This document shows, one piece after another, positions 1 to 13,137 of a stretch of 64,000 nt of DNA. The position numbers and the translations under genes were made by a program. Within the stretch, counting starts at the first letter, position 1; the number at the start of each line of letters is the position of its first letter. The notes beneath the pieces are model-generated. The model made no database searches and was not told where the DNA came from. It was given only the letters and a program-made list of their open reading frames with translations. The DNA lies in assembly GCF_037042905.1 (NCBI RefSeq), contig NC_087252.1, positions 27,158,001 to 27,222,000 on the forward strand. The letters are read 5' to 3'. This DNA is from Lytechinus pictus. Lineage: Eukaryota.

Positions 1-449
1 TGTAGAGGAAGGTATACCTAAGAGGTGCAAACAATGAAAAATAGGGGTTCATGTGCTTGTTTTCAAACTATCAGCACTTTTATTAGAGCAAATGTGCTTT
101 TTAAAACACAAAAAACGCGCCAAATGCTTTGTATCCATCTGAAGAAAAATTCAAAACCACTCGTCCATTTATTCAAACTCGGGGTCATATTCATCATTCT
201 TTGCAGCACTGCAGAGTAAAGTATTATGAAATTGTAGAAATACTTTTTTTAAATGGTCCATGGAATAATGCAATTTTTTTAGCTTCATAAAATAACGCAT
301 CGTATTTGCAGCTAGAGCAGATAAGGAGAAAAATTTGCTCATACCTACAGCTAATTAATCACATGTTCATCCATTGTGACGTCTGCGCGCAGAGTGTAAA
401 ATATGCGCAGATCATAATGCGCACAAACATAACTGTGCAACGTCCTTAA

Positions 450-1032
450 AGGAGAATGAAACTCTTGGAGCAAGTTAGCTTTTGTGAAAGCAGAAAAATC
501 AAAGAATAAGATCAACAAAAGTTTGAGTAAAATAGGACTAGCAATAAAAGAGTTATGAGCATTTGAATGTCGAGATCACTAATGATATGGAGATCCTCCC
601 ATTGGCAATGCGACCAAGATCTGTGATATCACACACGTACAACTCTCCCATTTGGACACTGAAAATATACCCCAAAACATCTCTTTTTGCTCATTCTAAT
701 CATATGACAAATAATTCATCAATGATATAATGTTGTGAAACCTCTGTACTTGTCCTCTCATAAAGAGAACACCTCACCTTGTGATAGACTCTATAAAAGT
801 GAGAATATAAGTGAAATAAGTACTAAAGTAATGAGGGAGTTGTACGTGTGTGACATCACAGATCTTGGTCGCATTGCCGATGGGAGGATCTACATGGCAC
901 TAGTGATCTCAATATTCAAATGCTCATAACTTTCTTATCATTCATTCAATCTTCCTCAAACTTTCAACAATATGTTTCTTTGATTTTTCTCTTTGATATT
1001 GATTCAGCTGGTTTCAAGGGTTTCATTCTCCT
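450..1032. mobile_element. TTAA-flanked MITE with long imperfect terminal inverted repeats (Kolobok/piggyBac-type target site)
   Basis: TTAA|AGGAGAATGAAAC at 446 and GTTTCATTCTCCT|TTAA ending at 1036; internal arms ~555-650 and ~835-930 are reverse complements of each other. Confidence 0.85.
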
Positions 1033-1747
1033 TTAATTCAATTAAGTAAAACAATCACTAAAAAAAGAATGGGGGAGTGGACTTGCAGTGGCATCATTTT
1101 CACCGTAGACATCTTTCATCCAAATACTTTATGCAATGTCACTAACAACATGATAGATGCTGACATTACACGCGATCGGTTCATCCTAACTAATGAGAGT
1201 GAGAATAACAATGAGAATTATGTTAACATTTTCCGAAAACCTAAAAAGAAATCTGAAATTTTCTGATGAGTGACCATTTAATGTCGCTCTTTCTTTGATA
1301 AAAAAATAATAATTTGCAAATCCTATATAACAATGTATAATCCAAAACAATGTCAAACACAGATATGCCAATTAATAAAAAAAACATTTACTTGCTCTCA
1401 ATGAATATTCAGGTATTATTTAAACAAGGTGTTAATTGAAAAATATAAGAACATTGAACATGATTTTATAAGTAATAATTATCTTTGCCTAATTGGAGTT
1501 AGATTTTCTTTATCGAAGCAAACTAGCAATACGTGAATTTTTTGTACATGTATATTGATCCCAAATAAATCAAGTATATTAAAAGACAAGTCAACTCTAC
1601 TGAAAAAGTCGAGAAATAATTACTAATAATAAATTCTATTTACGTTAAGTGTTAACTACTACTTCATAGAGTTTCTCTAAAGTACCTTTATTAGAGAAAT
1701 TATGAAATAAATTTCCGAATACAAAATACACTCATTAAAAAAAAAAA

Positions 1748-2030
<283 letters not shown>

Positions 2031-2359
2031 GATTTACCCAGGGTATGTAGCGATTTGGTTCCGGAAACATGTTCTCCCAGAATAAAGAATAGGAATGAAT
2101 GATAAATAATATCAAATTCATTGAAACAATAAAACAACATTTTCTCCCTTATCTTCGATACAGTTGAAATGAATCTGGAAACTTTGTACTATAGTGATGA
2201 TGGTGATCGAACTTTCTTTCAATCGCCAGACAAGGAAGAGAGAGGGAGAAAAAAAACTGCAGCAAATTACTCCAAGGGAGGTCTCTGGGGTTGCCTATTT
2301 TGATCCCCAGAGAGGATCCCCACTTTCCCACTTTCCGTTTTCTTATGTTATCACATAAA

Positions 2360-2725
2360 ATCATAATTTTTTCACGATTTCATACTTGTGTGAATAATAT
2401 GTCTCCCTTATAATGAGATAAGTTGCATCAATAAATATCTAATGCACTAAATCAGTTGTCAATCCAATTTTTCTAGTTCTTGGAGGAAAAAATTGAATAA
2501 ACCTAATTTCATATAATAAAATACAAAAGAACACGTGGGGATGTGACATCATCAGCCCACCTATTGAATATTCATGACGACTGTTTTCACAAAATATTGC
2601 CAAATTTTAATATTCAATAACTTTGTTATTTGTTATCCGATTTTTATGAAATTTTCGGCATTGTGCTCAGTGAATTCTACTCTATTTATTAAGCTATATA
2701 CTTTTTGCCCGGACCATCCCTTCAA
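2360..2725. mobile_element. MITE fragment, same family as 41700-42015
   Basis: shared segment GTGGGG(A/C)TGTGACATCA(T/C)CAGCCCACCTA(T/A)TGAATATTC...CTGTTTTCACAAAATATT in both places. Confidence 0.7.
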
Positions 2726-4986
2726 AACTTCTAGTCGGCGGGGATGACTCCCAACGAATTGTATTTCTGTGATGACTCCCAGTTCCATGGCCCCTGAGCC
2801 CTCTACATAACATGGAGGGCGCTCTTTGAAAACACGGTCTCGAGTCCGGAAGTGGAGAAATGGCGTCAAAAAGCCACTAACTCTCTGGGTAAGACAGGAC
2901 ATATGTTTTGCAATAATGAATTCAATTTATATTTTTGCTTATGAAGATTATTTAACGAAATGCCATCCTTTGTTTACTTTGTAATTATAGTACCGGTTTC
3001 CTTTCGTGCCACGTCGGACTTGAAAAATTTGTTAACCCAGTCCCATATTATGCGATTGCTGTTGGTTATTTTTAATACCGTCCTTATAATTTAATTCAGG
3101 GATTCTTCATTCGTATTCATGCTGCCATTGTTCATGTTGGCTTCCTTTTCGGCAAAAGTTCCATATGCACCCCCAATGAAAATGAAAATTTGTATTTATT
3201 TAGACAAGTAAAACACAACGTAAAACATGTCAAGGACAAGGCTAGACAGCTGGCAGCCGTCTGTTTCGAGGAGTTTTTTTATTTTTTTATTTCTCCTCGT
3301 ACACAGACGGCTCGCTAGCGTGCAGCCACCATTAGGGGACTTGCAATGCAAAATCCCCCCGTCGGGGCTCTTCAATTTTTGTCTTTAATGAATAAAAATT
3401 TTGAAAATTAACGCGACCAAAATGCAAATTAATATTCCCTCTTGCCATGGCATTGATTGCCAAAAAACGGAGAAAAATCAAGTTAAAAGGAACAAAAACA
3501 GTGACTTACCTCGGCTGTCGCGCAAATTCACTTCCCCGTTTTATCCGATCTTAAGTACATAAACATATGGCCATTGAGTCCCCTGTACAGATCGCGCTAG
3601 AACTTCGGTCTCTGTATTTGGTGAGTGAAGCCAACGGAGTTCAGCTGAACAACCAACATAACAGAGACCGAAGCTTTTGGTCTAGGACAAGGCCAAAGAT
3701 ACAATTACAATACAACTTACATGCATTACAAACATGAGCCATGACAAGCCAAGGCCAGGTTTGAAAAACCTGTACAAGACGAGTTTAAATCCAGAACCGT
3801 TCGCAGAAGACCAAATATCAACTGATTAAAAGACATATGTGTAACAGTTGGAAAATAAAACAATGTAAATACCATAGAAAATGACATAGGCCTAGAATAA
3901 CATTTGTTATTATGGTAGGCTTAAGGTGTCTACGACAGACTACGTCTGGAGAAAATTTTTTTTTTTCTTATTTCAAGAAAATATCACATTTTCTTTGTGA
4001 ATTTGAAGAGAAATGACCTTCAGACTGACAGAAATGTAACATTTTTGTAAAAAATCCAATTATTGGCTGCAAAAAAGAAGAATGAAAATTTTAGGTAAAT
4101 TTTCAGCATTTCTCTGCCATAGACTGTAGTTAAGAAAAGGACACACACAAATCCAAATTTTTAGCTTCCGAGAGCTGTTATGAATTTATTATTAATGCCA
4201 AAAACTTGTCCATAAAGAGTCCAATAGGATTTTTTATGCTCTATCTGAAAAGATTTGGAAACCAGATCACAATGAAAAATTGCGACAAAGTGAAAAAAAT
4301 TGTGCAAAACAGAAATTTCATTTTCCCGTAGAAAACGCATGGAGAAATGGCAATCTCAACACACACAAAAATAAGGGTTTGCAATTTATCTCTAAATCCT
4401 TATTTAAAATGATCCTTACTATCAAAAGAAGCCCCTGAATTTTCTGTTTCCATACATGCCAAACACAAGTTAATAATCAATTCAGATCACATTTTTCTAG
4501 TAGCCTGAACTTCCCCGAAAAAATGTGCCATATTTCCCCCTGAATTAGCCTGTTTTATGCTGACACTTTTCAGTGTGGCTTCAGACACCCTATTTATGGA
4601 AAAGTAAAAAGATAAAAAATTTGATAATATGAGACCAAAATAGAACAGGCATTAGCAGGCATTGGATGCTATCATAACCTTGTTCATTGAATGAGTGACC
4701 TTGTTCATTGAATGAGTGGCATTGGATAACACGACAAAATATAATGAATTAGAGTAAAGTGCCCAAATATCGGACACTTAAGCAGAATTGGACCAAAACA
4801 GAAATACAATCATTGAATCAAATAACAGTCATGTTTATTTCCATAGTTTAAATGTTGAATATTAATGTCATAAAAAATAATATTGAAAAATTATGTTAAA
4901 CAAGAATTATTTAGATCTACTTACTACCAGAAGCTTGTTTTTTTTTGCCAAAAATCGGATGCATTCTCATCTCATTCTCACATCTG

Positions 4987-5148
4987 AGGCCCGTTGCATA
5001 AAATTATAATAACTTTGCCATCCAATGGTAACTTGCATGGAATCCTTGATTATGATTGGCTGCTGATCATTGTTTCCATGGTAGTTACCATTCAATGGCA
5101 AAGTTACCATAATAGTACTTACTAGTAACTTTTATGCAACGGGGCCCT
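4987..5148. mobile_element. short palindromic MITE
   Basis: GGCCCGTTGCATAAAA ... TTTTATGCAACGGGGCC termini; internal AACTTTGCCAT/ATGGCAAAGTT inverted pair. Confidence 0.8.
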
Positions 5149-5182
5149 TGCCAAATTCTTAAAAATTGCATTTTCTCTGTAG

Positions 5183-5326
5183 ATGTTTCTTTCTGGCACG
5201 ATGGATCTTAATCTGTCTAAGAATACAATGATGAAAGAGGAACAGAAGGGTAACCTAAAAACGGAGAGGCAACCGCAGAATGATGCCAACAAGTCAAAGC
5301 CATTGAAATCTAAATGTGCAGAAAAG
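5183..5326 (+). CDS. C2H2 zinc-finger protein, upstream coding exon (48 codons; possibly not the first exon)
   Basis: acceptor TTTTCTCTGTAG| at 5182, donor AAAAG|GTAAGA at 5327, length 144 nt, open frame, joins phase 0 to 6610. Confidence 0.7.
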
Positions 5327-5501
5327 GTAAGAAAGCAGCCGAACACCTCACCAAATGTTTCTTGTGAATCTTCTGGCAGGAATATAGCAAGCAATGAAAA
5401 AAAATCCTGTGAGAAAGATACTGTACATGTACATCTCTGCCAATTGTGACAATTCATGAAATATGTATGTACTTGGAAACTGTGTCGTTTACGAACGTGT
5501 A

Positions 5502-5898
5502 GAGCAAAGTTGGCTCAGTCGGCAAAGCGTCTGCCTGTCGAAGCAAAGATCGTGGGTTAGAGTCCGCCCCGGGCAGATGACTGAAGCCAGTGTGTTGTGT
5601 GTAAACGTCTCTCCTCTGTTCCATAGATGCAGACTTTGTTACGGTGGAAAACACACCGTCCCTCAGATAGGATGTTAAATGGAGGCCCCGTGTAGAGGAG
5701 AGTCACCACCTTCGCATGTTAAGAACCCACTGCACGATTCGTATAAGAGTAGGGGAAACCCCGGTGTAGTGGTCCACCTGCACTCCCCCCAATCAGTTAC
5801 ATGTACATGTATATCCGGAGGAGAGACCACATTTCACAATGATTCAGTTCGCTTTTTCGCCTCCAGGCACAAGTGACGCCAAACAAATAATAATAATT
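5502..5898 (+). mobile_element. tRNA-derived SINE in zinc-finger gene intron
   Basis: A-box-like TGGCTCAGTCGG, B-box-like GGTTAGAGTCC, ~400-bp body, (AAT)n tail. Confidence 0.8.
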
Positions 5899-6609
5899 AC
5901 ATATGCATAAGATTGCCATTGATATAATGTAAATAGTCAAAATTATAAAGATAACCATCTATCTACACGCTTCATGCCCTGCATTGCCTTTGTTGTCCCA
6001 AATTGGCACAATCAATTTTGCCCATGTGTGAACCAAAGATCATGCCAAAGAGTCATAGCATTAACCTTAAAAAAGTTCAAATCTGCCTTCAACTCTACAT
6101 GCTTTATTAAAAGGGAATGAATAGTATAGTAATTTTTCTCATTGATTCTCAAATGAGTGTCTAAAGCAATAGGCCTACATCATATGTATCATAATATTGC
6201 TAAATTTATATGAGTTCTCTGTTATCGACTAATTTTCTTCAAATGATTATCTTCCTTTAAACATGTTGAATTATTTAAGTCACAATATGGGTAATTGAAA
6301 TACTTGATTTTTTTTTCTAAACATACAAACAGCTTCATGTGATAAATTTGTGGATTGGCATCTTTGTTGTTTACTATTGTATTTCTTTTCTTGAAAATAT
6401 TAAAAAAAATTTCAAAATCTGATTTGCACGAAGATAAAATGTTAGGCAACTTCACAGTTAACTGTTTGTTGTCCTGTGTTAGCTCTCTGTGATACAAATA
6501 ATGAATAGGTTGGTATAATCTGGTGAATCTTTTGTAGGAGTTGCAGTGAATGAAATCATGTACGAATGCAGATGTATTGTTCATTGATGCTTTCTTTTCA
6601 CATTTCCAG

Positions 6610-7662
6610 ATGGAGGAAAACGCAGTTTCTAAGAGCAGCAAATATCTCCCCTCATTCAACTACCTCATTAAGAACTCTGGTCAGTACTTCACCTCGAGGC
6701 GAGTCGTCATCGTGCCCTTCGTCTGCGAGGAATGTGGTGATGCCTTTGAGAGCATCTCGGACCTTGTGCATCACTTCCGGAGCCACTTCAACGGAAGTCT
6801 CTACGAGTGCTCGGTGTGCCTGACTCCCTTCAGCAGCAAACATTCCTTGAAGAAGCATATGATGGCACACTCTGCAGGAGAGACCAAAGGTGGAAGACTC
6901 TGTGATAGTAAGGGAAGTACTCTTGGGTCGATTAGGACGGATGAAGATGGTGGGGATGCCGCTTTGTTCAGATGTCTTCACTGCAGGAAGGCCTTTGACT
7001 GCTTGTCCGACCTTGAAGATCATGCCGTAGAGCATCAGATCCAGGAGCTACACACGTGTCCAGAGTGTGGCAGGTGCTACCAGCAGAAACATCTCCTGGA
7101 CAACCACATCCAGATGCACCATGTTGAGCTATGGACCTGCGAGGAGTGCGGAAAGAACTTTGAGAACAAGAAGCGGTTGATGGTCCATTACGAGGTACAT
7201 AGTGGCATCCAGGCGGAGAAGCGGCACAAGTGCGAGGAGTGTGGGAAGGCTTTCGTGGCGAAGTCGAAGCTTCTACGGCACATGCGTGTCCACACGGGTG
7301 AGCGGCCCTTCCGCTGCGACATCTGTGGCCGGGGATTCAACGACAGATCCAATCTGTTCATTCACGCTCGTGTCCACACCGGTGAGAAACCCTACTCCTG
7401 CACGCAGTGTGGGAAGTCTTTCACGGGAAAGAACGACTTGAATAGGCACGAAATGATACACACTGGAACCAAGCCGCACTCATGCAAGCAGTGCGGGAAG
7501 GGTTTCCGTGAAAAGTCCAAGTTGAAACGTCACATCAAGACACACCTTATACCCAACGCCATGCTCAAACCTCACAAGTGTGCTACATGCGGAAAGGGAT
7601 TCCGTGAAAAGTCAAAGTTGAAGAGGCATAGTAAGATACATGAAAGGGATACGAAAAGTTGA
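6610..7662 (+). CDS. C2H2 zinc-finger protein, terminal coding exon with 10 fingers
   Basis: acceptor TTTTCACATTTCCAG| at 6609; 10 CxxC-x12-HxxxH motifs; linkers TGERPF, TGEKPY, TGTKPH; GC content raised relative to flanks; stop TGA at 7660-7662. Confidence 0.96.
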   Translation: MEENAVSKSSKYLPSFNYLIKNSGQYFTSRRVVIVPFVCEECGDAFESISDLVHHFRSHFNGSLYECSVCLTPFSSKHSLKKHMMAHSAGETKGGRLCDSKGSTLGSIRTDEDGGDAALFRCLHCRKAFDCLSDLEDHAVEHQIQELHTCPECGRCYQQKHLLDNHIQMHHVELWTCEECGKNFENKKRLMVHYEVHSGIQAEKRHKCEECGKAFVAKSKLLRHMRVHTGERPFRCDICGRGFNDRSNLFIHARVHTGEKPYSCTQCGKSFTGKNDLNRHEMIHTGTKPHSCKQCGKGFREKSKLKRHIKTHLIPNAMLKPHKCATCGKGFREKSKLKRHSKIHERDTKS

Positions 7663-8568
7663 GCGTTCTTCGCCCATGTTTACTTTGATTTTTATCTAGG
7701 GATTCGTATTGATTAAGATTAATCTTTTTCCGACAATGGTTCCAAGAAATTTGACAGGAATTCTTCTAGTCATTCCAATCAGTTTCTACAGGTGTATATT
7801 GTTACTTTTATGTATGCACTCCATCAGTTGAATCTTTAATTCCAACACAGTCATCCTAGTTTCTAGAAAAAAGAAACATTAAAGAAAGAAAAAAGTAGGA
7901 CTTGAATTGCTTAAAAATTGACTTAGAATGTAGTTGGCATATTACTGAAAGTGGAAACAGTTTGCACTTAAAGAAATTCCCCCAAATCAAAGACAAGTAA
8001 TTATGAACATTTTTAGTTGGTATAAGGTCAATATTCTTTATTTTAGGGGCAAATTAGCCTGTGATGAGGGGAAAACGCAGTCATGTATTTCCTTTGCTGA
8101 TAATGATGATATTCCAGCATGTATCCACATGATAAATGTTGATGTTCTATTTACCAAAGCAACAAATTTTTCCAGGATATATTGGAAATCACCTTGAATG
8201 TAAATTTTATGGTGTCCCACTTCTAATCTAATTAATTAATTAATTGTAATTAATTTATTTTAAGATTTATGAATGCTAGGGCATGAATTCAATTCCCCAT
8301 GAAGTTGATAAATTCCCAGTGTTTATACACGTACATGTACATGCAGCAGTGCTTGATTTTATGAAGTAATCTGCTAACGATAAGTGTGTGTAGCAACTCT
8401 GATAATAGAGACAAGACGATGTGCTGATTAGCATGAATTTAAGCATAAATCTAAGGGCAAGGGACTATTTCACTAAAAAGTTAAGTGTAATTTATAGTCT
8501 TGCGTAAGAGACGTACACTATTTCACGCCTCTTGAGCGTCAACCGACTGATGGGTTGTGTGTAATACC

Positions 8569-9375
8569 TAGGGCTGGGACTAAAACCCGGGTCCCGCCCA
8601 GAAGCCACGGGTAAGTGGGTTGAAAAATCAATACCCGAAAGTTGCTTACCAGTATAACATCCATGTATTTGATTTGTATTGCTTAGTGTAAGACATGATT
8701 GTAACTCATCACAAAAGTACAGAAGTCTCATTTTTGAATCTCACCAATTACCCTCGAAATATCTATAAATCTACAAGTTTCTCAAGTGATGATGTGACTG
8801 AGATTGTTCAATCGTCGCCACGTTTCTTTTGCAGCTTGAGCATACGAAACGCCAGCCAGTCACGTTCGTGTTACCATTTTCAGTTCATCATAAACCGAGA
8901 ATGGTAGCACGATCGTGATTGGTTGGCGCATTCGACGCTCCAAAACCCGGAAATCAATTGACTTTGGGCACGTTGCGATAGATTCTACAAACTCAGTCAC
9001 GAACGCGATGCAATATCGACACTACTTCGTAAGATTTTGACAGAAAAGCAAGAAGTAATCAAAATTTGCTTACCTGTGTGGTGTCGGTGAGAAAACGGAT
9101 CATCCGAGAATACCTTTCGTAATTCATATAGGAAAGTGGAATTCTAGGTCGATTTTGGTACAAGGTGACAAAGTATTGCAGACTCGTTTTGATGGAATAC
9201 TGCGTGGGGCACTGGGAGGCTTGCACTGCACATGCCTACCATATTTTCATTTATAAATTGGCTTGCGGTAGTGGCTGGATGATGTCACCTGTGGTGTTTT
9301 TCCACCAGTCATATTTCGTGAGACCTGGGTACCCGCCCGGAAATTACCACGGGTACCCGAAAGTCCCAGGCCTTA
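8569..9375. mobile_element. non-autonomous hAT-like DNA transposon, 807 bp
   Basis: perfect 8-bp TSD GTAATACC (8561-8568 and 9376-9383); TIRs TAGGGCTGGGAC / revcomp TAAGGCCTGGGAC; subterminal CCCG/CGGGT repeats. Confidence 0.88.
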
Positions 9376-10100
9376 GTAATACCACACCAGTAAGATGTAC
9401 TTTATGTAAGTATGACTTATTTGTCCTGGCACTTATTAATTGAAACTGTTTCTGAAAGCCTGTCCCCTGTTAGTCCACAGACTGACATTTAGACAGTGTT
9501 AATGTACTACAGAGAATTGAATGTATTATCTTGGTCATTATCTTAGTAACCAAATAATATTTTTGAGTGTGGGCCATGTAAAAAGCGTTTTTTTTTTCTA
9601 ATAATGTTTTTTATTATATGTGCTATGAATTATAGATTGTTTAATTAGGTTATACTTCTATTTCTCAGGGTTAGATAAATATAGAATTTTAGATTCTTAT
9701 ATATTTTTTAAAGGTAGGCCTACAGACTGCAGTTGTGTACGAGTACATGAGTTTTTTCATGTGTAGAAAATCATTTCAACTCAAGAATACATTCTTAATA
9801 GTCAATGATAGAATTATATGATATGAAACTTCCACCATCTTGCTCTGTGTTCGATGACAGTGATGGCTGCTTCAGAAACGGCAATGGCAAAACTCGGCAA
9901 CAAAGCTCACAAAAACTCATCTGATGTGGATATGGGGCAAAGAAACATGTTCATGAAGGTCTAGATACTCTTGGTCGCCTGCTTACAAAAGCTGGGGACA
10001 ATTTCATTACAGGGTAGGTTCAACATGTTTTATGTCCGAATTCCCAATCACACGTCGTCAGATGTCAATTTGAAAACCAGATTAATCTGTGATTATGAAA

Positions 10101-10672
10101 TTAAAGGTAAAAGACAGTAGTTGCAGCGAACAATTATTTCATGAGAAAGTCTTATAAAAATCAAGCTTAATTGTCAAAATATTATCATACATCTAGATCT
10201 GGTACATTAATGAAAACTTATCTTTGTAAAATTATGAAATCTTAGCTCAAAATCGATAATTCTGATGATCACCAACACTGAAAAGCATATGTGGGACAGT
10301 GTGTTAATATTGCTTCGAAATACACCAGCCATCTAATGGAATTTCCTGTTTATTTTGCTAATTTCTCGGCAATTACGCATTTTCTTCCAGAGCTATGTGG
10401 CACATATTTTTTATTTATACATACGGTACAAACAATTTGGTGGTAATTTCATTGGATTCTGTTCGAACTCATTTTGAGATCGTTACCACAGCTGGAGGGT
10501 GTTTCATAAAGCTGTTTGTAAGTTAAGAGTGACTTTCTTATGCGCTAAATAATCACCAATGAACATTTAATGTTGAATATCATTTACCACAAGAAAGGAT
10601 CACCAGTCGTTCTTAAAGTTACTCTTTATTTATTGCTCTATGAAATGCCCCCCCCCCGTATTTATCTTTAAA
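10101..10672. mobile_element. degenerate TTAA-type MITE carrying a nested second MITE (~10495-10655)
   Basis: TTAAAGGTAAA...TTTATCTTTAA ends; the insert matches the 18699-18885 family (TGTTTCATAAAGCTGTT...GGATCACCAGTCGTTCTTAAAG). Confidence 0.6.
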
Positions 10673-12100
10673 GCCTGTCAAGAAAGGGCCAATAATGTGA
10701 ATTAGATAGAGGTATGTGAGTATGATCCAACGTTCCATTCCTACAACTGTGTACAATGTAGTGGCCACTATATCTATTTTTCAACCATTCTTCATGAAAA
10801 TGTGAATTGTGAATTATTTAGTACATGTATGTCTTCTCTTGGCAGGCAAAAAAAAGATATCATTTTTTTTTTCATTTTCGGGGGGCTACTTTTCACAAAT
10901 TACTGCCAATATCTGCAACATTAGATAAGCTTTAACGAATGTGATGAATGGGAATTTCCAGGGTTCCTTTTTTTTTTAGTTTTTGATTTCCAGGACTCTT
11001 TTGTGCATTTCGGGTACTAATTCCCCCCTAGCCCCTATGTAATCTTTTCCCTGTCTCTTGCTATTGTTTTTTTTTTCTTTAAAAAATAGCCATTTGAGCA
11101 AGCTTTGTTAAGATTATTCCATGCCTGAAAAGTGGCTTTATATCACAAAGAACAAAGAAATATTGTAGTTAAATTCACTTTGGAGGGATTTACTAAAACT
11201 AAAAATCAGATTTAAAAGCTAGAGTGCAGAGGAATTGTGATGCTATTAAACAAAATCATTAAACAACATTTTCTGATACAGCTTCATCATCAATCACAAA
11301 TTTCGTATATTCAAAAGTGGACAGAGGTTATATGCTAATGTGGAAATTAGCATCAACAAAGGTTTATCCTCTGAGAACTTTCATACTGTAGTTATTGATT
11401 CAATTTGATTTGTATGATTGATTATTATCTGGACCATTTTCTGTAATTGAGGTATCAAATTAAAGAGCAGATATTGAATTTTTTTTTATGAGGTTCTATT
11501 TTTGAAACCCAGACACAGCTCACCAAGTGACGTTTTGGTATCCCCTCTTCGGATTGATTTTGCTCACTCATGCGTGAATGAAAAATAATCTAAGTACTTT
11601 CTGATGAAAGAAGAGATTCTAAGCTTTACAATGGTAGGTCATTTGTCTATTGTATTTATGATATATCATCGATAGATCTCGGTTTCGTTTTTTGTGGGAC
11701 GCACTGTATGTTGTAAACAATGCAATCAATTATTAATATAAATCCTGTGATCAGTGTCAAATTTGTTGTTACCATTTTTGGTCCTGAAGTATAGTTATTC
11801 ATAGTAACGGTAGTAGAAAATTATTACATTGCTCTCATTTAAAGAATCATGGAGGTTTGAGAAGAAAAAAATGTTTAAAAAATATATATCTATTTTTATA
11901 ATTTTGTTTCTTTTGAGGAAGATGTTTTTCCTTTGTACATAACATAGGCAATAGATTAATTAGGTATACCACAAAAAGCTTAATATGAAACCTTGAAGTC
12001 AGCGCTCTATCAAAATTCATCACAAACTATTGACAACTCAATGCAATTATTTCCTTTTCTGATAATTGAACTACAAATATTTCTAATAGCGTTGAATGCA

Positions 12101-13137
12101 TTTTTGTCTCGCCTGCATAGCAGAGCGAGACTATAGGCGCCGCTTTTCCGACGGCGGCGGCGGACGGCGGCGGCGGCGTCAACATCAAATCTTAACCTAA
12201 GGTTAAGTTTTTGAAATTACATCATAACTTAGAAAGTATATGGACCTAGTTCATGAAACTTGGACATAAGGTTAATCAAGTATTACTGAACATCCTGCCT
12301 GAGTTTCAGGTCACATGACCAAGGTCAAAGGTCATTTAGGGTCAATGAACTTAGACCATGTTGGGAAAATTATTTTCAAAATCTTAACCGAAGGTTAAGT
12401 TTTTGAAATGACATCATAACTTAGAAAGTATATGGACCTAGTTCATGAAACTTGGGCATAAGGTTAATCAAGTATTAGTGAACATCCTGCTCGAGTTTCA
12501 GGTCACGTGACCAAGGTCAAAGGTCATTTAGGGTCAATGAACTTTGGTCAAGTTGGGGGTATTTGTTGAATTACCATCATAACTTTGAAAATTTATGGAT
12601 TTAGTTCATGAAACTTAGACATTAGGTTAATCAAGTACCACTTAATATCCTGTGCGAGTTTCAGGTCACATGACCTGATGACCATGGTCAATGGTCATTT
12701 AAGGTCAATGAACTTTGGCCGTGTTGGGGGTATATGTTAAATTACCATCCTAACTCTGAAAGTTTATGGATCTAGTTCATAAAACTTGGACATAAGAGTA
12801 ATCAAGCATCACTAAACATCCCCTGTGAGTTTCAGGTCACAAAACCAAGTCAAAGGTCAGTTAAGGTCAATAAACTTAGGCCATGTTGGGGTAATTGTTG
12901 AAGTGCCATCATAACTTTGAAAGTTTATGGATAGAGTGAATGAAATGTGGACATGGGTGTAGTTGACAGTCTTAAGTCTCTGTTCAAATGTCATTTATGG
13001 TCAATGAACGTGGTATTATGTCATTATATGAATGATGTTTTTGTTAATGATTATTTTATAGTAGTTTTCAAAGTTAGCACTGCTGCTATATTAAATTGCG
13101 TAATGCAGGCGAGACTGCCAGAGGCGTTCCACTTGTT
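12101..13137 (+). mobile_element. DINE-1/HINE-like non-autonomous Helentron-type element with internal satellite array
   Basis: subterminal IRs GTCTCGCCTGCAT (12106) / ATGCAGGCGAGAC (13103); 5' stem-loop; (GGC)n microsatellite; ~4.5 tandem units of ~160-190 bp; T-rich start and CTTGTT end. Confidence 0.8.

Noticed and set aside
5502..5578. tRNA gene (also at ~54530-54604)
   Set aside because: No convincing cloverleaf or poly-T terminator; the sequence continues into a SINE body and tail.
6550..6609. N-terminal 20 aa of the 370-aa zinc-finger ORF
   Set aside because: Corresponds to the polypyrimidine tract and acceptor of the intron.
12180..12960. Regularly spaced repeats as a possible CRISPR array
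   Set aside because: Eukaryotic context; whole units repeat with no unique spacers, and there are no cas genes.
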